Assembly (NCBI GenBank): GCA_032718475.1
Contig: JAUCBJ010000011.1
Location: 62,001-126,000, forward strand
DNA length: 64,000 nt
Source of the DNA: Nemertoderma westbladi
Lineage: Eukaryota > Animalia > Xenacoelomorpha
Reading direction: 5' to 3'
Shown here one piece after another: positions 24,846 to 34,829 of the stretch. A model generated the notes under the pieces. The model was not told the DNA's origin. It was given only the letters and a program-made list of their open reading frames with translations, and made no database searches. The position numbers and the translations under genes are program-made. Each line of letters opens with the position of its first letter. Position 1 is the first letter of the stretch.

Positions 24846-26078
24846 GCCTCCTTGACTAACACTTACACTTAAAACAAATATTCTGCAGGTCGTAAGCGAA
24901 AAAATTCTTACGGAAAATTAATTGACTTTTAGTTAAAATTAAATGTTAACATATAAAGTTTCATAACGCTGAATACAAAATATAAAAACAACCACAATTA
25001 ACCCAATAAATTAATTCGATATTATTTTAACTATGTGAGTGGTGACCGAGAGAGAGTTGGATCTGTCTGTCAGTCGCAGGTTGTTCCGCTTAGTGAAAAA
25101 TAATCATTAAAAATATCACCTAAATATTAATGATTAATATTTAATTCTAATTATAATTATTAATAATATATTAACTGTAAAAGATAATATCCAAATAAAA
25201 TATTATTGTGACATGGTTAGGATACCTGTGAGTGAATAAGTAACATTAAATACAGAAAACTACTGCAAAAAAAAACCCAACTAATAGACAGAAACACAAT
25301 CATATAACCTGTGCCGTGCATCAGTAAATATAGTCACTCCTCGGGGGAAGAAATATGTTAAAACTATAAAAAATAGAGCGTTACTGTGAAACATTTAGTC
25401 AAAATATAGTAAATATAATATAATTTTCATATAAACGCAAATTGTTTCAAGACAATATTTCTTAGTTAATAACATTTACTTCCATTGTTATAGTCCAGCA
25501 GGAGATAAGATACACTTTGTGTCTCTCCTTTTAATGCCGCGCACTGTAAGGTTATTAACTACTAGATATAGTTATTGTATTCGGAAATGGAAAAATATTA
25601 AACATTAAACCACCTAGTGTTACATATCCGTTAATAATTCCGTAATTCCATTAACCATACCGCCACGACATAGCGGTGCTGTCTATTTAAGGTTAGCTAC
25701 CGGTACAGCATACAGATGGACTGAAAATCAAAGTAATTCGTAATTCTTTGTCCTATGGAGTATGGATGCTGCAGGTTTCTTACACGCTGTATAAAGTCAC
25801 ACATTATAGACATCCTGTACTTCCTTCTGAATTATATAATAATATTTCCATTTTCGAATAAAAAGTATTACAAATATTTATTTAGTAAACTGTTTCATCA
25901 ATTGGCTTACATTTTTTAAATAAAAAATGTTGTTAAGCGAATTTCAATAAAAGTACAGTTTATCATTTTGTGTGAGGAAGTTTATCAAAAATTATAACTG
26001 CGACACGTGAAAAATAAAGCGAAGAAAAAACACTAATACTACGACATCAATGGGCTCCCTGCTCAATAAAGAATATAC

Positions 26079-29000
26079 TTAAACTGTGACCTCAGCGGTA
26101 TTCGCCCCTTCTATAATAGCACCTCGAGAGTTTGAAGTAACTGGTTGGGAAACAGTCTGCTCCTTGGCGAAGTTAACAAAAACCTGATCCAAAGTGGTCT
26201 GAGTCACCGAGAAGTCGTTGATAAGTCCCTGAGTGGTCCACAACTGTATCTGAGTGAACACACGAGCCAACGAGGGTGAGTTGTACTCGAAACGGACGAA
26301 GTTGTGGTGGCGATCCTTAACTGCAGCACCAGGGAACACGTTGGGGATCTCGGCTAACAGATTGTCCACGTTGTCGGTAGTTGAACGCAGTGAGATCGTA
26401 CAGCCCTGACTGTATTTACTCTTTAGATGGAAAGGACTACCCAGACAGACGAATCTCCCGTTAACCATAATCGCGATACGGCTGCACAAAGTCTCGCATT
26501 CCTCCATGAGATGCGACGTCAGCACTACGCTCTGTCCGCGTCGTACTGCTGCAGTCACAGCGGCCCACAGACACCGTCGGGCTTTGGGGTCCATCCCAGT
26601 CGAGGGTTCGTCAAGGAGTAGCAACGGAGGCGACCCAACCATCGCCATCGCAGTACTCAATTTCCGTTTATTACCGCCGCTCAATCGACCCGCCAGTTTC
26701 CCCCGGAAATGTAGCAGATCCAGTTCCGCAATCAACGACGAAACCTCATGATCTATGAGAGACTGCGGGATTCCGCGTAGTCGCGCGTAGAGGTACAGAT
26801 GCTCGGACACCGAGAGGAGGTTGTGCAGGCCATCAAACTGCGGACAGTAACCAAGATGCTGACGGCTCGAATTCGCCCCGGAATCAATCGAGTTTCCATT
26901 GACCGCAGCCGAGCCGGAGGACATCGGGATATCCCCGGTTAGCATCCGGAAGGTGGACGTCTTCCCGGCACCGTTCACACCGAGCAGACCAAAACATTCG
27001 CCCTTATGGACCCCAAAGGTGAGTTTATTAACTGCGATGACCTTCTCATGTCGTGATGTGTAGGATTTCACCATATTAATGACCTGCAGGATATCGGGTT
27101 GATCTCCCGAACTAGTTTCAACCCGTCTCCTCTCGCTGTAGACATCCTCCTCCTCGCAGTGCTCACACAGAGGCTGCTCTACATTGCCAATGTTGCCATC
27201 CCACAACAACAGACTAACAACTCGATCCCAGACAACCCTCCATATAACGAGTCGGTACTCAATGCAGATAACGAGCATGAATGCTAGTGTTCCTTGGATA
27301 GCGAGGGTCGTCAGTAGACGTCCATTCTCCCGCCAAACAAAAGGATTTACAGCCTCGAACGGAAGATCGAAACGAGCCATCAGTGTAGTCAGACCCTCTA
27401 GGAAGGCCATGTTGATGAGACCACGACCCAGACAATACGGCGGGAAGATAACGAATATTTGGTCCAACAGAGACGCAACAGCGACCAGTTCGGGGTCGTC
27501 ACGGAACATCTCGAGCGTCGCCACAGTTACGGTGGTCGTCATTCCGAAGAAGAAGTTAATAGAGACCAGAACGACGTACGCAACAGAGGGAACATTGAAA
27601 ACGAAACAGAAGGGATACATGATGGGGATAATAGCCCATCCATATAACAGGAATAAACACAATGAACAGGGGGCGTTACTCGGGGAGATGTAACTGCTGA
27701 ACTGGAAAGCAACGAAAATGATCAAACACAAAGAGATGCATATCGTGTACTTCAACATGTCCCATATGAGGTTGCTAGTCCAATAGAGTAGAACCGATAC
27801 CCCAGACACCATCTGGAGGTGTTTTGCTCCAGATACTCTTTCCGATATTAGGTAGACAACGAAACTGGATGGGACAAAACATAAAGCGAATAATATAGAG
27901 ATAGCGAGAGTCAACTCTAGTCGTACTCGTCGCAGGTACAGATGTTCTAGTTGAACCTCGGTGGCTTCCATAGGGTGGTTGTAGGCCGTGATCCCGTACT
28001 CTCTTGGATCTAACTCTGGTGGTAGCGATGCTCGCAGTAACGCGTTGTTCATTATGTTCACGTAGATTACCAATGAATGCCAGCCCTTGTTGTTAAACCA
28101 AACCTTAACGTTGTGTCTCCTTGATGAAACACCTCGTATTTGCTGGAGGGTCGACATGATATCCTGCAACTGGTTCAATAATTCCGCGTCTTCCACGGCA
28201 TTTATTCGCTCATCTAGACGCCTCCAATAGTCACTTACATTTCTTTCACCAAAAGTTTTTGCCATCGATAATTCAAGGCCGCCGAATCGTAAGAGAATAA
28301 ACTTCTGCATGGTTTTAACGAGGTAGTCGGATATATTCCGACCGGTTAGGTCGACCAACAAGTCGCTGGTGTTTACTTTGGTGACCGGTGGTGGGGGGCC
28401 ACCTGCGGTGGCTGGGCATTGAGCGTACCCCGAGGAGCAGTCGCAGTTTGGTGATACCGAGGGAATGTTGGAAATGTTCCGGCTATACGCAGTCGAGGTC
28501 GACGAATTCAAACAGGGGAAACCTTCAACTCGATAATTAGTCATGCAACGTGTTCCTAAACCCGGTTGAGATAACACGGCGTCTTCGAGAAGTTTACTTT
28601 GAGTTGCATTTGGATCTTTTCCTAAAGTATAGAATGTATAAAGTTCGGGGTTGTTGTACCACCACGGATGGAGTTCCAAAGAGCCTTGTACATCTTGAGA
28701 CGGTAAAATGTACATGACGGCCATCGCCAAACAGACGAATGCTATTGGTAGGACGACTTCGGCTATGAACCCCTTCAGGTTCCGTTTGGTGCCATGATAC
28801 CTCTTTATAATGAGTGCAGTAAACCTGACCCATAGTAGTTCTCTACCGTGGAGATGAGCCACTTGAGATGCTTCTCTGACACATTCTCCGTTTACCTGAG
28901 TGGAACTGCTAACGTAACTGTTCACTTTCCCTTTATATTCCGCCCCATTTTCGATTAACTTCCTAACAACGGAATTGTCAATAACATCATAATCATTATC

Positions 29001-32000
29001 CGGCTTTCTACAATCTGCATTGAGTTTTGAAGCTGTCAACCTCAAAAATATCTCATCAATCGATGAATGGGACAATGCGAAAGATTTAATTCCCATTTCT
29101 AACTGATGTGATTCTAAAAACAGCAGAAGTTTATTAATGTCTTCTGGTTTGGAAGAAGAAATATGGTAACAAACTTCCGACTGCGCTGCTTTATCCACCA
29201 GACTAGCCGAGGGAACAAATTCATTAATAGTTTGTTCCAATAACTTGTAAACATTGAGTTGCTCTGCAGTATTGTTTTCTTCTGAGATGGAACCAGTAGT
29301 AGAACTAAGTTCAATGGAAGAAACTAATGACTCGACTTTCTGTTTGCGACTCGATATAGTTGGCAATGACTTGCCCACAATGTTGGTAATAGTTAGAAGG
29401 GAAGGTTTACGGAAGTTACGTACTGATTGCGATTTAGTTTCAGTCTTCCTTGCTGGACTGTCTGTAGTTGTGTTGAGGCCTAAAGCAGCAACATCCATGA
29501 GCTGAGGGGAAGAAACAAACAGACTTTGTTTGCTAACATCCGTAAAATCCAAACTCAATCCATTGGTTGTATCTGTCTTGGACTCATTGAATCCGCTATC
29601 CATCATACCCGGAGTTGAAACTGAAATGGGGAGGCCATTAATGAACGCGATCTTCCGCACATCTTCAGTAACAGGTTCCAAATTACTATCAATAAAATCG
29701 TCCACACCATTAATCTGGTCCCTGAGGGAGAGTGTTAGATAATATCCGGAACCGAAACGACTCCGGAGGTAGACTGGGCTGCCGACACAGCTGAGTCGAC
29801 CCTCAGACATTATGGCGATGCGGTCGCTAACAACATCGGCCTCATCCATGTTGTGCGTTGATAGAAGGATAGTTCGATTGGATTTCAGCTTATAAAGTAA
29901 ATCCCAAATAATTCGCCGGGAAAATGGATCAACACCGGAAGTCGGTTCGTCCAAAACAACGATCTTGGCATTACCAGAGAAGGCAGTGGCTATCGATAAC
30001 TTACGCTTCATACCACCACTCAGGTTCCCAGCCTTCTTATTGGCTTCCCCACTGAGACCAGTTGCTATGAGAAGGTCGTCGATGCCCATAGCAACGGTGC
30101 CATTACGCAACTGGCTGTAGAACTTGAGATGCTCAAGGACCGTGAGATCATTGTAGAGAACATTGTGTTGGGGACAGAAACCGAGAGTACGACGGATCTG
30201 TTGGAGGTCCTTCGAGAGTTCCATGTTGTTTATATTAACCTGTCCAGAGGTGGAGGGGAGTAATCCTACTAGGATCGACATTGTCGTCGTCTTCCCAGCG
30301 CCATTGTGACCCAATAGGGTTACTATTTCGCTGTCATATAAATTCAAACTCAACCCTTGGACAGCAACCATTGAACCATACAGCTTCCTCAGCTTTCTAA
30401 TCCTCACTGTAGGTTCAACATTAACATCGGAATCAACGAGTTCGAAACAATTACCGTCAGCGGGTTGGTCCGAATATTCCAGATCTCCTGAAGTAAAACT
30501 TGGGCTTTTATGAGAGCGAAACAGCGGCAGAACGAAGAAATACCAGGGCTGGGCCACACCAATATGGCCGGGCCAGACTTTCTCTATATACAAAGCAACC
30601 AATAGATACAACACAGAGTCCATCATCAGCATGCAACATGCCTGGGCCAAACTAAAGCCATCGGTGACGATAGGCGTGCTCACAAAGTTACTGAACTGGA
30701 GGCCGACGCCCTGCTGCTCGTAGAAAGAGAAGTACTGACAGCCGTATCCAAAGGCAACGGGCATCGATAAACAAGCGATGTATTTGTATGAGGTGGTCAT
30801 GTATTCGTCCCAATGTATACAAAATAAATACGGGAGATACATAATGAAGTAAATGACAGCACCACAAGCGGCAGCGAGATTCGCCTTGTCGAAGAAAACG
30901 GTGATAAGGAAACAAAGATTGACTGTCGCGAAGGTAAAACATATAAAAAATATAAGAATTATAAAGATGCTGGAATGTGATAGAATGCCACCGAACTTTA
31001 ATATAAACGAAAGTAAAACTGTTGTTAACCAAATCGTTGTAAAACTTGAGATAAACCAGCTGAGCCACAACGTTGATTCTCGGAGCCCCATAACCCGCAT
31101 AACCTCCTTGAGACGTTCCTCTTTCTCGTAGACAATGCTCTTAATCAGCATCGATATGGGGTAAACCCAAGCGAGGGTCATAAACAGTGGGAGAGTTCGG
31201 GAGATAGCCAGAACGAAGACGTCCCTTATGTAGCAAGGGTATGGGAACTGGTGGATGTAGACGCCGTAGTTGGTAGGAGCAGTGGGATCGGTTGCGTTGT
31301 GGGAGCTGAGGGGAACACTGGGATCGGTCGCATTGTGGGAGCGGAGCGGAGCAGTGGGATCAGTCACATTGTGGGAACGGAGGATGGCTGATATAATCCC
31401 GTGCTCGATCATATCCTGCAGGAAGACGAACCCCGAGCGGATGTTCTTCATATCGACGATGGGATCGGCCCGGGGTCCGGGGACCCAGAAGCGATCCCGG
31501 ATATGTCGGCTGGACTCCACTATCTCCTGCTCCATCCGGATCTTGTAGGCGACGTGTTGGAGGTCAGAGATCCTCTCTGGGGGATCCTCGAACACAATCC
31601 CGGCCCAGAAACCCCCAGAATCAATTAAACCCATCCCGAGTTCCAACAACTCTATCTCTGTGGTGACGCCCTCCCATTTATCGAGGACAGCGCACTCCGT
31701 GTAATTGAGAATCAATTCAATAAAATTATCAAACACATCGAGATATTCGCTAATTTGTTCTTGACTGTCATCCACGTCTATAAAGTATTGTATATTAGGA
31801 TCATTTAATATTGAATCTTTCCGATTCACCGAGGATTCCAACCAATCTCCCAGGATTACTCGCAACCTCGCGATCTGTTCGAATGTCCCGTTGGCTGCGG
31901 TTACCAGCTCCCTGGTTACTGGGGTATCTGGTGTGAATAAAAGCTTCCCAAACACAAATGGCTTGATGTACTGCCAGAAATAACGACCGACTCTGGAGGA

Positions 32001-33113
32001 TTGGATTTCTTTAAAGACGCCGTTACAGAAGGGAGTGAAGTCGGGGTCGTAAACGTAGTCGTCGACCTCGAGTTTATCCAAGTTCTCCTTGTCGTTACCC
32101 CGAGTTATTGATTTAGGGTTGAATTCCCCAAAGAATGAGATTGGTCCCGAGGCGGTTTCGAGATGCCCGCTGTGTCCGCAGACAACCATCTCCAACCGCA
32201 GTAACGTCTGGCTGGAATTGTCGTCGGAAAGTCCGTCAAGCGTTTCCGAATAGTTAAACACAGTTTCTAACGAAGGTAATAATTTAAATTGTTTCTCAAT
32301 GTCGCTAATAAGTTGAGTAAAATTTTGACTTGAAGGCGAAAATAAGGATGATTTTAAATTCAGGTTAGGTATGCTTGATAAAATGGCTGGTATGTTAATT
32401 TGTTTAAGGAGAACATCACGAAACTTTTGCAGATCCTCAGGTTTTAGAACGCAGAGTTCCTTAGTAACTTGAGCAGAAAGATCAGGGTCGGGGGCCTTGA
32501 AGAAACCTCGGAGAAGCTCCGCATCACAGCGGATTCTACTTAAACTTTCAGTTCTCAACAAGGATGATATATTCCTAACGTCGATTTCAGTAGTCAGAAG
32601 AAACCCAATTACTTCAGGACTAATCCCTATTAACTGGAGTTCATTAACTACAGTGGTAGTATTGGGAATAAACTCTTCAATTGATTGCATAAACTTATCT
32701 TGTTCCAACGAACTGTAGTTGGTAAATGTTGCTAAATGCTCCAAATCCCGGAATATAAGCTTGAGCTCTTCCATTTTTACAGAGGCATCCATAAATGTCT
32801 CGATATTGTCCATTATTGCTGTAAGCGTCGAATTGGACCACTGGTTGTGTTCCTCTGTGACCAAAGAATTATTATGACATGTGTTCTGAGTTGTACATAT
32901 AAGCGACTGTAGGAATGGAATAAGTCCAGCGGAAGGGAGAGCTTTGGAATCAAAGAAGCATTGACTTTGATATGTCGGCTCTTCAGCGTGTCTAACCGCT
33001 ACTAATATTAGAAACAACGCCAATGGTAATATTAGTTCCAGAACTAATCGCCGCCGTTGCCTCTTATGGAGTGTAAAATTCTTCCACAACAGTAGACGAA
33101 GTTGCGAAACCAT
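26079..33113 (-). CDS. ABCA1: Full-length ABC transporter subfamily A (ABCA1/4/7 group), 2344 aa, intronless CDS
   Basis: N-terminal QLRLLLWKN; large ECD1; YEKEERLKEVM; NBD1 GHNGAGKTT / LSGGMKRKLS / LDEPT; ECD2 VWFNNKGWH; ERVSGAKHLQ; NBD2 GVNGAGKTS / LSGGNKRKLS / LDEPS; C-terminal VFVNFA. Exact orthology among ABCA1/4/7 is not resolved. Confidence 0.95.
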   Translation of the reverse strand: MVSQLRLLLWKNFTLHKRQRRRLVLELILPLALFLILVAVRHAEEPTYQSQCFFDSKALPSAGLIPFLQSLICTTQNTCHNNSLVTEEHNQWSNSTLTAIMDNIETFMDASVKMEELKLIFRDLEHLATFTNYSSLEQDKFMQSIEEFIPNTTTVVNELQLIGISPEVIGFLLTTEIDVRNISSLLRTESLSRIRCDAELLRGFFKAPDPDLSAQVTKELCVLKPEDLQKFRDVLLKQINIPAILSSIPNLNLKSSLFSPSSQNFTQLISDIEKQFKLLPSLETVFNYSETLDGLSDDNSSQTLLRLEMVVCGHSGHLETASGPISFFGEFNPKSITRGNDKENLDKLEVDDYVYDPDFTPFCNGVFKEIQSSRVGRYFWQYIKPFVFGKLLFTPDTPVTRELVTAANGTFEQIARLRVILGDWLESSVNRKDSILNDPNIQYFIDVDDSQEQISEYLDVFDNFIELILNYTECAVLDKWEGVTTEIELLELGMGLIDSGGFWAGIVFEDPPERISDLQHVAYKIRMEQEIVESSRHIRDRFWVPGPRADPIVDMKNIRSGFVFLQDMIEHGIISAILRSHNVTDPTAPLRSHNATDPSVPLSSHNATDPTAPTNYGVYIHQFPYPCYIRDVFVLAISRTLPLFMTLAWVYPISMLIKSIVYEKEERLKEVMRVMGLRESTLWLSWFISSFTTIWLTTVLLSFILKFGGILSHSSIFIILIFFICFTFATVNLCFLITVFFDKANLAAACGAVIYFIMYLPYLFCIHWDEYMTTSYKYIACLSMPVAFGYGCQYFSFYEQQGVGLQFSNFVSTPIVTDGFSLAQACCMLMMDSVLYLLVALYIEKVWPGHIGVAQPWYFFVLPLFRSHKSPSFTSGDLEYSDQPADGNCFELVDSDVNVEPTVRIRKLRKLYGSMVAVQGLSLNLYDSEIVTLLGHNGAGKTTTMSILVGLLPSTSGQVNINNMELSKDLQQIRRTLGFCPQHNVLYNDLTVLEHLKFYSQLRNGTVAMGIDDLLIATGLSGEANKKAGNLSGGMKRKLSIATAFSGNAKIVVLDEPTSGVDPFSRRIIWDLLYKLKSNRTILLSTHNMDEADVVSDRIAIMSEGRLSCVGSPVYLRSRFGSGYYLTLSLRDQINGVDDFIDSNLEPVTEDVRKIAFINGLPISVSTPGMMDSGFNESKTDTTNGLSLDFTDVSKQSLFVSSPQLMDVAALGLNTTTDSPARKTETKSQSVRNFRKPSLLTITNIVGKSLPTISSRKQKVESLVSSIELSSTTGSISEENNTAEQLNVYKLLEQTINEFVPSASLVDKAAQSEVCYHISSSKPEDINKLLLFLESHQLEMGIKSFALSHSSIDEIFLRLTASKLNADCRKPDNDYDVIDNSVVRKLIENGAEYKGKVNSYVSSSTQVNGECVREASQVAHLHGRELLWVRFTALIIKRYHGTKRNLKGFIAEVVLPIAFVCLAMAVMYILPSQDVQGSLELHPWWYNNPELYTFYTLGKDPNATQSKLLEDAVLSQPGLGTRCMTNYRVEGFPCLNSSTSTAYSRNISNIPSVSPNCDCSSGYAQCPATAGGPPPPVTKVNTSDLLVDLTGRNISDYLVKTMQKFILLRFGGLELSMAKTFGERNVSDYWRRLDERINAVEDAELLNQLQDIMSTLQQIRGVSSRRHNVKVWFNNKGWHSLVIYVNIMNNALLRASLPPELDPREYGITAYNHPMEATEVQLEHLYLRRVRLELTLAISILFALCFVPSSFVVYLISERVSGAKHLQMVSGVSVLLYWTSNLIWDMLKYTICISLCLIIFVAFQFSSYISPSNAPCSLCLFLLYGWAIIPIMYPFCFVFNVPSVAYVVLVSINFFFGMTTTVTVATLEMFRDDPELVAVASLLDQIFVIFPPYCLGRGLINMAFLEGLTTLMARFDLPFEAVNPFVWRENGRLLTTLAIQGTLAFMLVICIEYRLVIWRVVWDRVVSLLLWDGNIGNVEQPLCEHCEEEDVYSERRRVETSSGDQPDILQVINMVKSYTSRHEKVIAVNKLTFGVHKGECFGLLGVNGAGKTSTFRMLTGDIPMSSGSAAVNGNSIDSGANSSRQHLGYCPQFDGLHNLLSVSEHLYLYARLRGIPQSLIDHEVSSLIAELDLLHFRGKLAGRLSGGNKRKLSTAMAMVGSPPLLLLDEPSTGMDPKARRCLWAAVTAAVRRGQSVVLTSHLMEECETLCSRIAIMVNGRFVCLGSPFHLKSKYSQGCTISLRSTTDNVDNLLAEIPNVFPGAAVKDRHHNFVRFEYNSPSLARVFTQIQLWTTQGLINDFSVTQTTLDQVFVNFAKEQTVSQPVTSNSRGAIIEGANTAEVTV

Positions 33114-33115
33114 TT

Positions 33116-33469
33116 CTAAATTTATATATTAACAAGTCTCATCTACTCATAAATTATAATCTCAGGCCACAGGCGCATATTATAATTTCATTTAATTTAT
33201 TTAATTTAATTTAATCTAGGCCTATTTAATCTAATTCATATAATTTAGCCTACCGTAATTCAGTAATTGGCTGATTGGCGGATTGGTACCGGTAGTCTGG
33301 CTGTCTGGTAGTCCAAACACAACATTTGTATAATGGCCTAGTTCTCTAGTTGTAGCCTAGCCCTACACCTACACCCTACTCAGTACTTCTACTACTTTAC
33401 CTGTTTACAGCTTTACTTACTCCATACTCTCAAACATCAGTATCAGTAATCAGTATCACTCATACTCAC
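33116..33469 (-). other. Putative 5'-UTR intron of the ABCA gene
   Basis: AAG|GTGAGT donor at 33469 and an AT-rich tttAG acceptor at 33117-33116, 2 nt upstream of the ATG. Confidence 0.5.
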
Positions 33470-33978
33470 CTTACAGTACTCGCAGGCTACCGATAAGAAA
33501 AAAATGGTAGAAAATTTCCACCCCCCTAAAAATTCACCTTCTGGCTGTCTGGTTAAAATTCCCTACCGCCTGACCGCCAGACCTGTAGTGCATTTTCACC
33601 CCCAGTCAGCCGGTCAGCAGTCAACCGGTTAGAATTCAATAGGGTACCGGCAGACCTGTCAGCCGGTATTTGGCTTTATCCACTACCGGTATCACACAGC
33701 AAGCGTCACTTTTTCTATGGCAGTTATAGAAAGCATACAGTGTTATTTTATTTGGCTAGGCCGGTAATGTCACAAATCCGTACCCGTGGGCCGTGCATAT
33801 AATTTTTTTGCTCGAAAACAGGCAGACAGATCTCTCTGAGAAAAGACTCAAACTTTTTTTTTTCAAAATTCATTTACTAGCCGGTCTCCATGTGCCGTGG
33901 GAAAACACTCCGATATCTTCGGGAAGTTTGGGATTTTGGGAAAAAATCGGGTAAAAAATTTAATTATTGTTACCTCAA

Positions 33979-34300
33979 TTGTTACCAATTGAGGGAAAGG
34001 AGCAGGTTACAGAGGCAGCCTTTTCTAACCAAAACAATAAACGATATTGTTAACAATAGAGGGAAAGGAACAGGTTACAGAGGCAGGCTTTTCTAACCAA
34101 AACAATAAACGATATTGACAGGTTACAGAAGCAGGCTTTTCTAACCAAAACAATAAACGGTATTGCTATCAATTGAGGGAAAGGAACAGGTTACAGAGGC
34201 AGGTTTATCTAACAAAAACAATAAACGATATTGTTACCAATTGAGGGAAAGGAACAGGTTACAGAGGCAGGCTTTTCTAACCAAAACAATAAACGATATT
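33979..34300. repeat. ~68-bp tandem repeat, about 5 copies (related inverted single copies at about 15570-15625 and 61172-61230)
   Basis: Unit caattgagggaaaggaacaggttacagaggcaggcttttctaaccaaaacaataaacgatattgttac. Confidence 0.9.
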
Positions 34301-34829
34301 TAACCATTAATAATTAAAACAACAGGTCAGGGTGTCTATATCAGTATATACCGGTACCTTTCTAGTTGGGGTAAAATTGAGTAAAACACTTTGCATTAGA
34401 CGTTCGAAAAAAAGTAAAATTCAGAAAAAAACAAAAATCAATGAAAATGTTTCGTGCTGCGCGAAGCGGAAAAATATGACATAGGCCTATTGAAATTTTT
34501 TTTGTTTTAAGTTGGTCACTATACAGCTATAGATGAAACCATATAGTTCATTATCATTATATTCAACTTTTTCTCACTATTTAGTTAAAGTTACAAAATT
34601 AAATTCCATCAAATTTTTCAAAATTACCGGTATATTAAAAAGATTTATAAATACCAAATTAATAATTAAATTTATATATTAATATAATTATTTAAATATT
34701 AGCAGTTAGCCTTAGCACCATTCAGCCATTAAACGGTTGATAACCAGTAATACACATTAATAGTAAAATACACAGTAATAATAGAAGTAGAAGCTTGAGT
34801 AACCAATAATTATGAATTCTATTTATTTA

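Noticed and set aside
24278-24862. 194-aa ORF of GAGHQCYLLIK repeats
   Set aside because: It is the translation of the 33-bp minisatellite; 28-bp variants break the frame elsewhere in the array.
22545-24890. Possible minus-strand microexons flanking the minisatellite (AG-10 nt-GTAAGT near 22550; AG-16 nt-GTAAGT near 24865)
   Set aside because: No coherent reading frame or gene model could be built; cannot be supported without RNA data.
26427-32718. Short antisense and alternate-frame ORFs within ABCA (likewise within gag-pol and PPP1R35)
   Set aside because: Shadow ORFs of a long GC-richer coding sequence.
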